NCBI RefSeq assembly: GCF_018977255.1
Contig: NW_024704771.1
Coordinates: forward strand, 744,001-808,000
Direction of reading: 5' to 3'
Source of the DNA: Callorhinchus milii
Taxonomy: Eukaryota
Length of the DNA: 64,000 nt
The notes under the pieces were generated by a model. The model was not told the origin of the DNA, did no database searches, and saw nothing but the letters and a program-made list of their open reading frames with translations. How positions within the stretch are numbered: the stretch's first letter is position 1; every line of letters starts with the position of its first letter. Made by a program: the position numbers and the translations under genes. This document shows, in pieces, positions 63,522 through 64,000 of this stretch.

Positions 63522-63557
63522 AAAAGACCCAATTTGGGTTGTACAGAAGTTATGCAG
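63522..63557 (+). CDS. Gene B microexon 9 (36 nt, EKTQFGLYRSYA); gene continues beyond the window
   Basis: cttcctttattttacag| |gtaaga. Confidence 0.8.
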
Positions 63558-64000
63558 GTAAGATATTTAATATCATATAAAGTGTGAAATTCGGAAATCC
63601 TTGACAGAACACAGGGTAAAAATCTGTATCTGCCACCTGTCTGCCCACCGTGCGATCCTATCAGTGCACTCTCACAGAGGTAGGAAGGAGCAAAGCCGTG
63701 GAGGGCTTTGAAGGTGAAGATGAGGAATTTGAACTCTTTCCTGTGGAGGATGGGGAGTCAGTGGAGCCGGGCGAGGGTGGGGGTGATAGGGTCATGGAAA
63801 GTGGTTTGGGAGAGGACACAAGCTGCAGAATTCTAGATGATACCCCTCCACACAGACCCTCACACCCCCCCCCCCCCCACCCACCCTCCCACACACACAC
63901 AAACAATCTCACCCTCTACCACAAAAACATACAGTCACATCCCCCACACACATCCTCTCCTCCCCGTCCACATACACACACCTTCACCTGCCCCTCAGAC

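Overview
Vertebrate genomic DNA, not prokaryotic. The tRNA-headed SINEs with L2-type tails, the abundant L2 and CR1 LINEs and the CR1 3' ends suggest a cartilaginous fish (inference). The window holds a tandem cluster of butyrophilin-like genes (IgV-IgC-TM-microexons-B30.2) on the + strand, which I reconstructed by hand from splice sites because the ORF track misses them. (1) The terminal B30.2 exon of an upstream paralog (104-615). (2) A complete gene A (CDS 25261-38758, 461 aa if a tentative 9-nt exon is included), preceded by a triplicated ~1.6-kb unit carrying GAS, ETS and ISRE motifs, a splice donor and a 28-bp VNTR. (3) Gene B (CDS from 49176, running off the right end), with a CpG-island promoter and an unusual array of nine symmetric phase-1 cytoplasmic microexons, mostly 27 nt. 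Also present: a truncated RING-B-box-coiled-coil TRIM pseudogene, a decayed pogo/Tigger-type transposase, a ~6-kb segmental duplication (1-6064 vs 38126-43760) whose two B30.2 exons differ almost only by amino-acid-changing substitutions, a candidate spliced antisense unit from a bidirectional promoter, and a near-intact L2 LINE inserted in a 25-bp minisatellite. Most long ORFs in the supplied track are repeat artefacts. All exon models are manual predictions with no expression evidence.
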